Positions 25,765 to 39,300 of a stretch of 64,000 nt of DNA are shown piece by piece. Both the position numbers and the translations under genes were made by a program. How positions within the stretch are numbered: the first letter of the stretch is position 1; each line of letters opens with the position of its first letter. The notes under the pieces were generated by a model. That model did not search any database. It was not told the DNA's origin and saw nothing but the letters and a program-made list of their open reading frames with translations. Source of the DNA: Eledone cirrhosa (lineage: Eukaryota); the NCBI GenBank assembly GCA_964016885.1, contig OZ024741.1:313968001-314032000 (forward strand), written 5' to 3'.

Positions 25765-26718
25765 ATAAACGTGCTGCGTGGTTGCCAATGGGTTACATAT
25801 GAATAAAGTTAGTCCTTCATCCGTGATCTTCCAACCATCATTGGTATTTCATCGCTTTAAAGACCATATACCTCCGGTTGGTGCGAGCAACGGCTAAAAA
25901 ATGTCGTTGGGACACGTAAATAAAGGGGACACGAGAGTGTAAACAAACAAAGATGGTGAAGCAACGAAAAGTGAGGAAGAAGGAGTCAATCCCATATTTC
26001 CATGAATATAAGTTCGGTGAAATCGTGAACGAGAGAGAATAAATACCATCATACCTGGTTGGAATGTGAGTAAGGAAGGAATTCTGTACAAGTCTAACGG
26101 GAGGAAGAAGGGATCTAGTCTGTGAATTCGGTGAACGTAAGTTCTGGGAAATCGTTGACGAGAGAGAGAAAAAAAGCGACCTGCCTGACCAAGGATGCGA
26201 AAGAAAAGAATTACGCATAGGTCAAACGGGAAGAAGGAGGAGGAGTAGAGGTAGTAACAGAGAGTGAGTGAGTGAAAGGTGAGGAAGAGGCTAACAGAGA
26301 GAGTGAATGTTAGAGAGTGTAAAGGTACAGAGAAAGAGGAAGCAGTAAGAACGAAATAGACGGGTCACAGCGGAGGAAACATATGTGTAAATATGAGAAT
26401 AAACGTGCTGCGTTGTTGCTAATGGGTTATATATGAATAAAGTTAGTCCTTCATCAGTGATCTTCCAACCATCATTGGTTATTCATCGCTTTAAAGACCA
26501 TATACCTCCGGTTGGTGCGAGCAACGGCTAAAAAAGTCGTTGGGACACGTAAATAAAGGGGACACGAGAGTGTAAACAAACAAAGATAGTGGAGCAACGA
26601 AAAGTGAGGAAGAAGGAGTCACGTCCCAAATTTCCATGAATATAAGTTCCGTGAAATCGTGAACGAGAGAGAATAAAGACCAGCAAACCTGGTTGGAATA
26701 TGAGCAAGGATGGAATTC
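25759..26718. repeat. Direct tandem duplication (~634 bp unit plus partial copy) of unknown repeat
   Basis: atgagaataaacgtgctgcg... recurs at 25759 and 26393. Confidence 0.85.
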
Positions 26719-27073
26719 ATATATGTGTATACTTATACGTATACTTTTATGTGTGCATGCATGTGTTTGTACTCAGGTTTGTACTCACATCTGATCTGTA
26801 ACTGGATTGACATTCCTATGATAACTCAACCACCTTAAACTCCCTCTCTGCTCTTTACTTCAACTACGGTTTTTTAACCTGCTGAATCCACATTCTGTAC
26901 TCTCGTGTTCTCTTTCTCCCTTATCTACCCTTATATTAAAACCTTTTCCATGTCATTTATTTCCCCCCTTTTTTTCCCCCCTACTTTTTTGCCTTACCCT
27001 TCACATACCAACATTTTTTTATTTTTAGATATTAATATTTTTTTTATTTTGTGTGTTGGGTATATGTATGTAG

Positions 27074-27161
<88 letters not shown>

Positions 27162-27254
27162 ATAATAATAGTAATAATAATAAATTTGAAGACTAAAATC
27201 CAAAGAGGGCTCGATAAGGATAAATATATATCAAATATTTAAGAACCGTAGAGC

Positions 27255-29600
27255 AAATATTTATTAAAATAACAGATTAAAGTTTAAGCAAAGAATCGCT
27301 GCTTTCACCCTTAACGGGATCTTCTGAAATAACAAAGTCAATCTGTAAACGCAGAAGTGGATATTTCCAAAAACGTTGCATCCGGAGGAAGACAGGAAGA
27401 CGATACTTTGGTTCGTGGAAACGTTCGCTGGCAAAGAACGGGCAAAAACGAATAAAATACGTCATTAATAGGAGCGGTGAAAAACAATTACGCGCAAAGA
27501 CAGAACCACGTTTGTGGTATAAAAGAGGTCGTAGACTAATGTTCTCTTAGGTGGTTCATAGAGACGTTCTCTGGTAATCTACGAAAAAACGAAGATAATA
27601 CGTCATATGTGGAGCGTTGAGAACAATTGCACGCAAAGTCAAAACCACGTAAATGGTATAGCAGAAGTCGTAGATAAAATTCTAACTAGGAGAGCGAATA
27701 AATCTCCGCTTCAGAGTTAAGAACAAAGTAAATAAATACAATACAGTAGTAATAGATATAAATAAATACAATACAGTAGTAATAGAAATAAATAAATACA
27801 TACACGCAAACAAATACGTACATACAGAAGCATACGCGAAAACACTTACCATAGGTAGATAAAACCACGCACATATAAATATGTGTGTGTGTGTTTGCGT
27901 GTATACAAATAAATACATAATTAAATATACGTATATAAATAAATAAATACGTATATAACAAGCGCACACACATACCTACATGTAAATACACAAATGTTCG
28001 GAGACGTAAGTCAACCAAAACATGAAGTACACATATACACACACCCTACATACGTACGAACCTGCATACTCACACAGACGCAAAACTCCCGTTTACAAAT
28101 ATCCAAACCATATGTACCAAAATATATAAAATTATACGCCATAACATAAACAATCAAATATACGTACGAGAAGGTATGCGTACCTTCACAAACATACGGG
28201 TAATATATACTTACCTATGCAAATAAGTTATGCTATAAACAACACATATACTTAGCTCCCACATCAAGACGTAAAATATCCACGTATAGATCGTACTATC
28301 CGTTAGGGTATAACATGGGGCTGTAATACAGGAAAGTTTTATGCCATTTATGTTTACAACCGAAATTGCCTCAGATATTTTGTTTAAGATGTGGTCTGTG
28401 GCGTAGAGTATTTCCAGGGCTTCAGCGGCGCAGAGGTCACATGGTCTTTTATTTCTGTTATACGATCTAGCCCTAGATAGGATCTCCCAGTGTAACTTAT
28501 ATTGGGTGTGGTTGTCTTTTAGACTCCAGATATAAGCTGAAAGTGACGTCATATTCTTTCTTAGAGGGTAACGAAAAGAATGGGTATGCATGTAAAGACG
28601 CTGCTTGAATCTATTGGCGGTTAACCCTATGTATGCTCTACGGGACGTGGGTGTTTCAACCTTACATTTGTAGACAATGTTACTAGAGAGGCATTTCCCG
28701 GATAGGGGGCAATCAACCCGATTCCTACAATTACAGTTAGTACTAACTACAGTCTAGGTAGTTCAGCTAAATTTGAAGCTGTGATGTTATGTGCAAGGTT
28801 GGGAGTCGTAGAGTAAAAAATGTTAATAGTATTTCTATTAAAAATTTTACTATATTTATGTGTAGGGGGAAAATACTTCGTAATAAGGGAAAGAAAGATC
28901 TTAGCTAATGGTGTGGCCACCTCCATATTATATGGTGGGTTATACCAACAAATGCGACGGGACCTATTTCTTCTAGGTCTATTTTCGTACTCAGTATATG
29001 CTACCTTATCGACAAATCCACTCCGAGCAAGAGCTTCATTGTAATAAGTGGAATGGTCGTTGAAAATATGCTCGTTAGTAGATAGAGGGGAAAGCCTCAA
29101 CGAAACGTTTCTTACCAGATTCTTGGTTATGCTGGCAGGATGGTTGGAATGATTACTTATGTGATTAAGCGTATCATTCGGCTTTCTATACGGGTAATAC
29201 AACCCATTCAATAAATTGAGGGTAACGTCGAGGTACTTAACGACCGAGAGACTGGCCTCAACCTGTATAGAGAGGTTGAAGCCTTTAAAGAAGGCTGTGA
29301 GTTCTTTTCTGAACCTGTCGCAAGCACAAGGTCCGCACTTAGTCATGGTCAAAAGACCATCATCACGGTACGAACCATCGCCCGCGTTGGGGAATTCGTC
29401 CTTGATAGAGAAAAGAAGGAAAAGGCCGATAATATCAGTAACCTCCGCAGATTCACTTGCGCCCATACTCACGTCGAATGGGGTACTATTGGATTTTTTA
29501 ATCTGCGTTTACAGATTGACTTTGTTAGTTTCAGAAGATCCCGTTAAGGGTGAATGCAGCGATTCTTTGCTTGAACTTTAATCTGTTATAATAAATATAT
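27255..29600 (-). mobile_element. Penelope-like element, 5'-truncated, with short inverted terminal copy
   Basis: RT FDVSMG..SAEVTDIIG, YRDDGL, YLDVTL, WYNPPY; GIY-YIG NIVYKC..YIGLT..FKQR..H, CDLC..E. 27255-27353 is the inverse of 29503-29600. Confidence 0.9.
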
Positions 29601-29795
29601 ATATATATATATATGTATATATATGTGTATGTATATGTGTGTGTGTATATGTATATGTGTATGTATATATGTGTGTGTATGTATGTTTATATCTATCTGT
29701 ATATATATGTAATTGTATATACAATCGTATATTATATATTGATGTTGTATTGGTGCGTGTGTGTGTATATATACATATATATGTATATGTGTATA

Positions 29796-29826
<31 letters not shown>

Positions 29827-30007
29827 GTGTGTATGTATATATGTGTATGTGTGTATGTGTGTATATATAGATTTAATGTGTGTGTATGGGCGTGTGTATA
29901 TTTGTGCGTGTATATGTATTTTTTTATATAATGGTTGTGTGTATATATATATATATAATAGCCTGAGAAACGGCTTGAGCTCTGCCGTGGGGTCAGACAT
30001 TTTCCTA

Positions 30008-30046
<39 letters not shown>

Positions 30047-30099
30047 GTAATTGTATGTGTGTGTGTATCTCTGTGGTTGTGTTTTTGTGTGTGTGTATG

Positions 30100-30151
<52 letters not shown>

Positions 30152-30697
30152 TATGTATGTATGGGTGTATGTATATGCATAACTACATACAGTGATTTAA
30201 TGCTCATTTTCATTGATCTTTTGCTCAAGGAACTTGTTGAGTGCTCTAAATCTGCTATAAACATTTATACCCTTTTCTAAATATATATATTTTTTTTATT
30301 TATTTGTCGTATTCCCAATTTTTTATTTTCATTTTTATTTTTATTTTTATATATACAATATTTTTTAATATATACAATATTTAGATTTTTATATATATTA
30401 TATTTATGTTCTTTCTCATATATATATATATATAGTTATATATGTGTGTGTGTGTGTGTATGTATGTATGCATACGTATGTGCATGTATATATGTGTGTG
30501 TAGGTATATATGTGTATGTGTGTATGTATGCATGTGTATATATATGTATATATATATATATATATATTGGAGTTAAACAAGGTTCATATGAATTATCTAA
30601 GAATGAGTTTTACACACACATATATATGTGTTTGTATTTGTACGTATGTGTTTGTGATATGTATGTGTATATGTGTATGTATATGTATCTATATATA

Positions 30698-31095
30698 TAT
30701 GGACACTGACCAAGAAACTCACTCAGATGGTGGATGGGTGCTACACGAGAATGCTGAGGATGGCTCTGAACATTAATCAGTATACACTGAGGATGAAAAA
30801 CTCAGAGCTGTATGAGAGCATCCCAAAAGTCAGCTCAAAAGTGACACAGAGGAGATTGAGGTTGGCTGGACATGCTCACCGACATCCAGAGTTGACATTT
30901 CACTCAGTGCTCCTTTGGGAGCCCCTACATGGACACACTAGAAGAGGAAGACCAAGGTTAACATATGTTGATGCCCTAAGGACAGACACTGGTCTGTTGG
31001 AGATGCAGGATATGGCAGCGATAATGAGGGACAGAGACCGCTGGAGAGAACACGTCCATGGATCTCGGGAATTTTACCCGCCTTAGATAGATATA
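30698..31095 (+). mobile_element. RTE-clade LINE 3' fragment
   Basis: WTLTK..DGCYTRMLRMAL..RRLRLAGH..RGRPRLTYVD..DRDRWR, followed by short (TAGA) tail. Confidence 0.85.
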
Positions 31096-31521
31096 TATGT
31101 AGCTGTGTGTATATATGGATATGTGTGTGTATGTACCTGTGTATGCGTATGTATGTGTTTATGTATTTGTATATGTATATTTATGTGTGAGAGTGTGTGT
31201 ATGTATTTATGTTTACGTATGAATGTGTACGTGCATGTGTGTGTATTGCTTACCACGTGTGTTTGTCCGTTTATTTGTTGCCTGTTTCGTTGACAACACT
31301 ATAATAATCTTTATATTCATTTTTTATTTTTTTATTATATATATTTTTTTCATATCTATTTGTGTGTGTGAGTATGTAGGTGTGTGTATATATTTCTATA
31401 TTTGGCATACGTATGTATACGTGTATATATCTGTGTATGTATGTACGTGTGTATATACGTATGATTGTGTGTATGTATGTATGCATGTGTATGTATATAT
31501 GTGTGTATATGTATCTGTTTG

Positions 31522-31559
<38 letters not shown>

Positions 31560-31930
31560 CGTGTGTATATATATGTATGTGTGTGTATGTATGTATATAT
31601 ATGTTTATCTATATATATATATATATATGCATGTATATGTGTGTGTGTATGCACGTTTGTGTAATTGTATGTATGTGTATGTATGGATATGTTGATATTT
31701 ATGTGTGTATGTATGTATGTGTATATGTATGTGTATTGATATATATACACATATATATGTCTGTGTTTGTATTTGTGTGTGTATGTATGTGTGTATGTAT
31801 ATATATATGTGTATGTATATATTTGTGTGTGTGTGTGTGTTGTTTTTTCTTTCCTTCTTCCTTTTCCAGCCTCACTTTCATATAGATTATATTTTTGTTT
31901 TTAAAATCCAACGCCAATAAATACACCAGG

Positions 31931-31998
31931 ATTTTTTCATTCTGATGATTGAAAGCACATTTTTTTTGCTTTAAGAAACCACTGGTAAATGAAATAAT
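31931..31998 (+). ncRNA. Type I hammerhead ribozyme (intact core)
   Basis: Stem I attttttcatt/aatgaaataat; CTGATGA 31942-48; stem II ttgaaagca/tgctttaa; GAAA 31975-78; stem III ACC-act-GGT; GUA cleavage after 31987. Confidence 0.8.
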
Positions 31999-32756
31999 TG
32001 CCTTATGTTGTTTATGACATAACTATTAAGCTCTGTTACCTAGATAGAGCACTCTTTTTTCTGGACTTTTCCGACGGAATTACTTCATTCACACATATAT
32101 ATGTATATATATCTATCTATATATATATAAATAAAAAGTATACCAAATATTGTAGCAAAAAGTCAAGAGTATTCCATAATATATAAGTGACTATAGCGTC
32201 AAAATGGGAAAAGAGTTAATATATATATGTGTGTTTGTGTATGTATATATGTATGTATATATGTATGTATATGTATATGTATATATATATATTTTTTGGC
32301 TTTCTTTGTCAGCCCGTTAATTTTTGTCTTTATTTTTTTATATTTATATGTTTATATATTTATTTATTTATTCATTATTTTTATTTTTGTTTTTATTAAT
32401 TTTCATGTCTGCTCATCTCGCTACTGATCTGGTTACTTTATCCATGTATGCGCCGTGTGTTTGGTATATGTATTGATGTACGTTCGTGGATATATAATTT
32501 CCTATCCATAAGTGTGTGTGCGTATGTATACCTGATTGCATGTTTGTATGTATGTGTGTGTATATGTAGCCATATGTGTCTGTGTCTGTGTGCATGCATG
32601 TGTGTAAGTGTTCGTGTGTGTATACGTGCGTGTATATACATATATATATATATATATGTATGTTTATATGTATGTTTATATGTATATGTATGTATATGTG
32701 TATTTGTATATATTCGTGTGTGTATATATATTATATATATATATATATGTGTGTGA

Positions 32757-32788
<32 letters not shown>

Positions 32789-33121
32789 ATATATATATAT
32801 TGTATATGTATGTATGTATATTTGTGCGTAATTTTGGATACGTGTATGTACATGTGCGCATGTGTGTGCGCACGTGTGTACGCATGTATATGTGTGTGTT
32901 TGTATTTGCATGTAGGTGCACATATACGTATGTGTGAACGTATAAGTTTACTTATATGCGTGAGTTTGTGCTTGTATATGTGTTTGTATATATACATATA
33001 CATTTTTTTATATTTAATTTTTTTTTTCTTATTTGCATGTTGTCCCTTATTTTATATCAGCCTCACTTTCATTTATCCTAGACACTGTTTTTAAATCCAT
33101 ATATCTCTTCCATTTTACTAA

Positions 33122-33205
33122 AATTCATTTCCTTTTGACGATTGAAAGCAGACGTATCTGTCAAGTTTGTCTGTATTCGTGTAACCTTTGGTAAATGATA
33201 TAATT
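33122..33205 (+). ncRNA. Degenerate paralogue of the 31931 hammerhead
   Basis: Same flanks (cagcctcactttcat..ttggtaaatga.ataatt) but core mutated to TTGACGA and GTAA. Confidence 0.55.
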
Positions 33206-33385
33206 ATCTAATGTTGTGTATTACATAACTATATATATATATATATTTAATGGTTAAACAAGGTTCAATGAATAAATCAAAGAATGAGTTTTACAATAGA
33301 TTGGAAGCACTCAACAATATGGTTTTCCAGAGTTATTAATATTAATTCATAATATTAACAAAATAGATATTCTTGTGATCAAGTA

Positions 33386-33453
33386 TATTTTATTATACAT
33401 ATTTCAGAGGTACTGAGTTAACTTCAAGAAGTACGTCCTCATCAGATAAAATA
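33386..33453 (-). ncRNA. Type I hammerhead ribozyme in Penelope pseudo-LTR
   Basis: Minus strand: UAUUUUAU CUGAUGA [GG-GUACU..AGUAC-CUCU] GAAA UAUGUA UA AUAAAAUA. 8-bp stem I, self-complementary stem III. Confidence 0.8.
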
Positions 33454-34423
33454 AGATGATGCATGAGATAACCTGACATGGTAGATGGTTAAGATTCAGT
33501 CATGGTAGTGAGTAATATATGACAAAACTCAATATTGATATACCTTAATATTGAAAACATGAAAAAAACTACATATAATACATATAATAGAGAGGGTGCA
33601 TGTGAGAAAGCTTTAAAAAATATATGGCAGCAATAAAACTGTTAAAGATTCAAATAATTTAAATTACTGAAGAAAGAGGAAAGAAAAGAAAGGCATAGAG
33701 GAAGAAACAGATGATGGGATAATATAGCTAGTAGGAGCCTAGAAAACAAAAGAGAGTTGATTACAGAGAGAGAGATAATGAGGAATAACTTTTATAATGC
33801 AATAATATAGGGAGATATTAAATTAGAACAACATTTGGGCTTAGCTTTAGGAAAAAGGAAAAAACTCAATTCATTGAATTATTGAAATATCTAAAAATAT
33901 TCATCAATCGGAATTTTAAATATAATTGGGTGTATTCATATGAAGGTCAATACCTAGTCTTTAGACAATTATCTATATATACAATATATATCCAAACATA
34001 TCTGTTTGACCGTTAACATTCAAATCATTTAATTTAAGTTAGTTCAGAGTAATGAATACTATTTTAGGTTATAAAAGATAATAAATATCTGTATTAATAT
34101 TAAAGTATACTATCATATTTAATTTATAAAATCAAATGTTATGAAATCAAATTTAAAGGATTGACAAACACGAGAAAGAAAACATAATGTTTGTACAACC
34201 TCACGAAGGTAAACTTGACTAAATTTATTATATAATATTAAATTATTTATATTATATTGAAAATAGTTTATATTATATAATTTAGAAAATAATTACAGTT
34301 ATAATTTTTAAAGAATTTTGAGATTAACAATATGGATTTATTAGCAGATATTCTAGTTATGCGTTTCTGTACACTATTGACAATTGCATTTTTCACAGAT
34401 TTAGGGTGATTAGAGTAATAACT

Positions 34424-34606
34424 GTTTCTACTTTAGGCACAAGGCCAGCAATTACCCAGTGCATTACTGGTACTTTATTTTATAGACCCCGTAAGGATGA
34501 AAGGCAAAGTCAACCTCGGCGGGATTTGAACTCAGATCGTAAAGGGACGTAACTATGCTGGAAAGCATGGTGTCTGACCCTCTAACGATACTGCCAATCC
34601 ACCGCC
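34424..34606 (-). mobile_element. tRNA-derived SINE with 20-bp TSD, inserted in Penelope ORF
   Basis: TSD gggtgattagagtaataact at 34404-34423 and 34607-34626; A box tggcagtatcgttag, B box gagttcaaatccc. Confidence 0.92.
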
Positions 34607-36297
34607 GGGTGATTAGAGTAATAACTAACGTAATTTAAGTTTTCATTGGGCTTATGGAAAGGGTAATAAAAACCAGAGTGTAAGTTAAGGGTAACATCAA
34701 GGAAATTAACTATTTTGGTACCACTTTCAACTTCTAATTTAAGGTCGTAATTTTTAAAGAATTCAATTATATTTTTCTTAAACCTATTTAGTTCTGTATT
34801 GCTGTGTTTGACAACCGTAAATAACCTATCGTACCTATATAAACCACCGGTAATCTCCGGCAGTTTTCTATTTACCATATTTAAGATGAAAATCCCCAGA
34901 AGATCCGTGACTTGCACTGAGTCCGATGATCACATGGTAATGTCAAAGTTTCTATTTCTATCCGAGCGGGTCCAATATTCATTGTTGAAATTAATTAGAG
35001 TTCTTGTAGCAGTTAATATGATATCGATTTCATCCTAGTTAGATCTGTATGCTTGTAAGCGTAGCATAAAGCCTTATTTAATGGGTTAGGTGTAATGGAA
35101 GAGTAATAGCTTGTCATGTCCATTTGGATGAATTTGTGTTTTTTTTCTTATCATCTATATTTTTAAACCAATCAATCACTTCATTGGTGTCCTTCCATAA
35201 GCTCAATTTAGACCTCAATTTCAGAATAGGTAGAATTCTATCAATAATATTCTTACTGATTATTCCAATATCCGATTTAGATGGAGCAATCAGTCTAACT
35301 GGCAGGTCTTTCTCAAAGTTTCTTTTGTGATCCTTAACATTTATCCTCGACTGTCTAGGTATAAAAGGCTCGGTTCTTCCTTCAATTTTAAATGTTGCTA
35401 TTAATTTATATCATTATTGATGTCTGTAACATCTTCGGCCGGGGCTTTTCTATAATGTTTCCTTATTTCTTTTAAAATCAAATCATTATATCCATCCTTA
35501 TTTATCCCATATAAATTATTGGTTTTGTCAGATTTCACCAATATTTTATTAACTTTTTTATATCCGAGATTTTTTATTTTAGAGTTCTAAGTTATTGGTG
35601 AGCTTTATATGGATTTTTCCTGAATTTAATTTTCTTAAGTATATTGAGCATTTCAGTTTCAAAATCCTCCAGGAGTTTGTTGTATGGAGGATTTTTTCTG
35701 GATTTAAAGATAGTTTCGAAATAATTGCTGTTGGCTTTTCTTTTAGCTTCTATATTATCGAAATGTAATGCGCGCCATCTCACTCTTCTTATAAAAGAGT
35801 TTAGTATTAACCTTCATATGAATACACCCAATTATATTTAAAATTCCGATTGATGAATATTTTTAGATATTTCAATAATTCAATGAATTGAGTTTTTTCC
35901 TTTTTCCTAAAGCTAAGTCCAAATGTTGTTCTAATTTAATATCTCCCTATATTATTACATTATAAATGTTATTCCTCTTTATCTCTTTCTCTGTAATCAA
36001 CTCTCTTTTGTATTCTAGGCTCCTACTAGCTATATTATCCCCTCATCTGTTTCTTCCTCTATGCCTTTCTTTTCTTTCCTCTTTCTTCAGTAATTTAAAT
36101 TATTTGAATCTTTAACAGTTATATTGCTGCCATGTATTTTTTAAAGCTTTCTCACACGCACCCTCTCTAGTATATGTATCATATGTCGTTTTTTTTCATG
36201 TATTAAGGTATATAAATATTGAGTTTTGTCATATATTACTCACTACCATGACTGAATCTTAACCATCTACTATGTCAGGATATGTCATGCATCATCT

Positions 36298-36364
36298 TAT
36301 TTTAACCGATGAGGACGTACTGTTGAAGTTAACTCAGTACCTCTGAAATATGTATAATAAAATA
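36298..36364 (+). ncRNA. Hammerhead copy in inverted pseudo-LTR, core mutated (CCGAUGA)
   Basis: Inverse of 33386-33453 with a U4C change. Confidence 0.65.
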
Positions 36365-36378
36365 TACTTGATCACAAG

Positions 36379-39300
36379 TATATTGGCTATGCTAAGAGTA
36401 GGCTGTCTAAATGCGCGTGACCTGGGCTCAACTTGGAAGCAAGCAATGCTTCTAAATGACCTCAGGTCACAACGTATAGATGTGATGGTTATTTGCGAGG
36501 CCCGGATCAGCAACGTGCGACAGCTGGCCCCCACCTTTGATGACTTTGAGATGCACGCATCTCTCTGTCAGCCCGGAGGTGGGGGTAGGGTGGTCGTTCT
36601 GCTGCAAAAACATCTGGGTCTCGCAACACAGACGGTACATTTGGACCCGGAGGGTCGACTAGTGGTTCTGAACCTTGGCAGTGGTGAAGGCGGAGCGTTT
36701 AGGTTGGTAGCCGCCTACGGCCCTTTCGGGTCAATGCGTCCGGACTTCTTCCATCGTCTGGAGACTTTTCAAGGGACGTCCCGCTCCTTGCTATTAGTGG
36801 GGGACTGGAATTGTATCCTAGATGCACGCTGGGACTACGTAGGGCCCTGTCCCGATAGAGAGGAGTGTAATAGCCTCAAAGGGTTAATCGGTCGATTTGA
36901 CTTGGCCGATAGATATCGACTAGATTTTCCGACTGCGCCAACCTGGACTTGGGCAAATCGCAGCGGATCATCTAGGTCGTACCTAGATAGGTTCTTAGTT
37001 AGAAATAAGGATAAGGACTTTTTAAGTTGTCCAAAAATGAGCATGGTTGGCTATTCAGACCACAGGTTTGTGAGCTGCATGGTCAACCTTGACAGAACGC
37101 ATAGACAGGGACCCGGTTACTGGAAGCTCAACTTGTCCTTACCGGCAAGTAAGGCTTACAGGGACCGGATTAGCACTTTAGTTAAGGAGTGGTTGACGGG
37201 CGCCATCATCAACAGCAGATGGTGGGGATCTCTCAAAAGAGAGATTAGAGTAGTCTCTATAGAATTTAGTAAGGAGTTAGCCTCAAATAGAAATAGGAAG
37301 GAAAGGGAGCTGGTAGATAGTGTAGAAGAGGCAATTAGAAGCGGCGACGTGGCCAAAGTGCTAGCGTCGAGAATGGCCATGGGCCAGTTCTTCGACGCGA
37401 AACACGAAGGCTGCATCGTCCGAAGCAAAATACGTGCTCTGGGAAACGAGGGGACCAAAGCTGTTAGCTGGGCCCGCGTGACAGAAGCCAAAAGGGGAGC
37501 AGATCCACTATCCGGCCTTTGCGAGACCAGGATGGACGGGTGATCCTTGAACCTAAGCAGATGTGCGAGCCTTTTCAAAAGCACTTTGCCGGATTGTTCG
37601 GAAGGGGCGGGGAGACGGTTGGGGATGTGGGCTTCGGTCCATACCTCGACGGCCTGCCGCGTCTCCCGGCTTTCGTGGGGCCCTGATCAACTTGGATCAA
37701 TCTAAGGCGTTCGATAGGGTCGACCATGGTTACCTGGATGCGGTGCTAGCGGCTGCAGTCTTCGTACCCGTTTTCAGGGGCTGGATCAATGGCATGCACA
37801 GCAGCCGCATCTGCTCTAGAGTCAAGGTTAACGGCTACCTCTCGGAGCCGTTCGAAATCGCGCGGTCCATCCGACAAGGGTGCCCTCTCTCCTCCCTTCT
37901 GTATGTAATGACTCTAGAGCCACTGCTGCGGAAGTTGGAGTTGCAGGGCATCCCGTTGGAACCGGATTGCGGAAAGCGGTGTAACAGTAATGGTGTCGAC
38001 GGCCTCGGAAATCGGGGCGATCGGCACCTTACTGGAGGAGTACGAAAGGTTTACAGGGGCTAAGCTGAACCGGGACAAGTCGATCGGTCTGCAACTCGGC
38101 ACGTGGAAGGGCAGATCGATGCCCTTCGATGGCGTCGTCGGGCGCTGGACCGAGGGCCCGGTGAAGTTGCTTGGGGTCTGGTTCGGACCAGACCTCCAGG
38201 TGGAGAAGAACTGGGGTGAGGTAACGAACAGGCTGTTTGCACTGACCCAGAAGTGGGCCGAGTGCAAACTGTCCCTGAAAGGTCGGGCGGAGGTGGCGAA
38301 CACTTATATAGCGTCCGTCATCTACTACCGCCTGACCGTTGTGCCTTGCCCAAGGGAAACGCTCGCCAAAATGGAGCGCGCACTCTTCCAAATCCTTTGG
38401 AATAAGCGGGCTTCTATAGTGAGGAGATCCATCTACTGTCAACATCCTTCGAAAGGAGGGCTGGGGATGCCGTGGCTAATGATACGTAAACACGCATTAT
38501 GGCTACGGCACCTCCAGGTATTCCTCACCGGTCAACCGGTGTGGGCCCCGTTTGTGAGGCGAGCCTTTCCCAGACTCGTCTCACTCACCGAGCTGCAATC
38601 CTGGGTCAAGCAAAGACCGAGAAAACTGGGCGCCTGGCACACCGAGTGTGCCCAGGCGCTCACGGCTCTCTGGTAGGCGGACCCTGCTGTCAGTGGAGAA
38701 TCCACCTCGTCATTCTATAGAGGGCTGGTGGTTAGCAGGAGCGACGACGCCCTCGGAGAAGCCCTAGGCATGGAGGAAGACGAACTGGACAACCTGTTCG
38801 GTAGGACGTTCAGCCCAGGACCCATGGATACCTTCCAGACGTCCCTGGCCTGGCAGTGCTACCGAGGGGCTCTGCCCGTTCGAGTAAGGCTCTACAGACA
38901 CGGGCGCCCGGGTAGGGACCCCTCGAAAAAGATCTGTCTCAGATGCGTGTGCGACGAGGAAACCGTTGCACACGCTTTGGTATACTGCTCGGGCATTGCC
39001 GATCTGTGAGGCGATGTCGAACAACTGCTGTCAAGGGTGGGATCGATCCGGTTGACCACCGAGTCTATTGTAACGATCAAGCCGCCTCCCCTCTTCAAAA
39101 ACGAAGGAGATGCGGTGTTTTGTGCGTAATAGCCATGGCGAAAGAGGTTGTATGGTGGACGCGTCTGAAAGGACTGAGGTCAGACACCTTTCTCTCTGGC
39201 CAACAACTGGTCGGTTTCTTCCGATATTATTTCGGAAGAAGGATCAGGATGGAGAGAGAGGTGCTGCACCCCAGCCATTTTTATGAAAAATGTGTGAAAG

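Larger units (their letters stand above)
29600..33250. repeat. Large (TA)/(TG)/(TATG) microsatellite field with embedded TE fragments
   Basis: Direct reading; source of the spurious YIYI/CVCV ORFs. Confidence 0.9.
33250..36378 (-). mobile_element. Penelope-like element with ~580-bp inverted terminal repeats
   Basis: RT remnants IRRVRWRALHF, DMTSYYSSI, FDITM..QVTDLLG, LYRYD, NFLDVTL. 33372-33955 is the inverse of 35803-36378. Endonuclease not recognisable. Confidence 0.85.

Noticed and set aside
31942-31954. Stem-II-less hammerhead CTGATGA-tt-GAAA
   Set aside because: Stem I does not close in that register; using GAAA at 31975 gives all three stems.
29578-33094. Many long YIYI/CVCV/HTHT ORFs
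   Set aside because: Stop-free translations of dinucleotide microsatellites.
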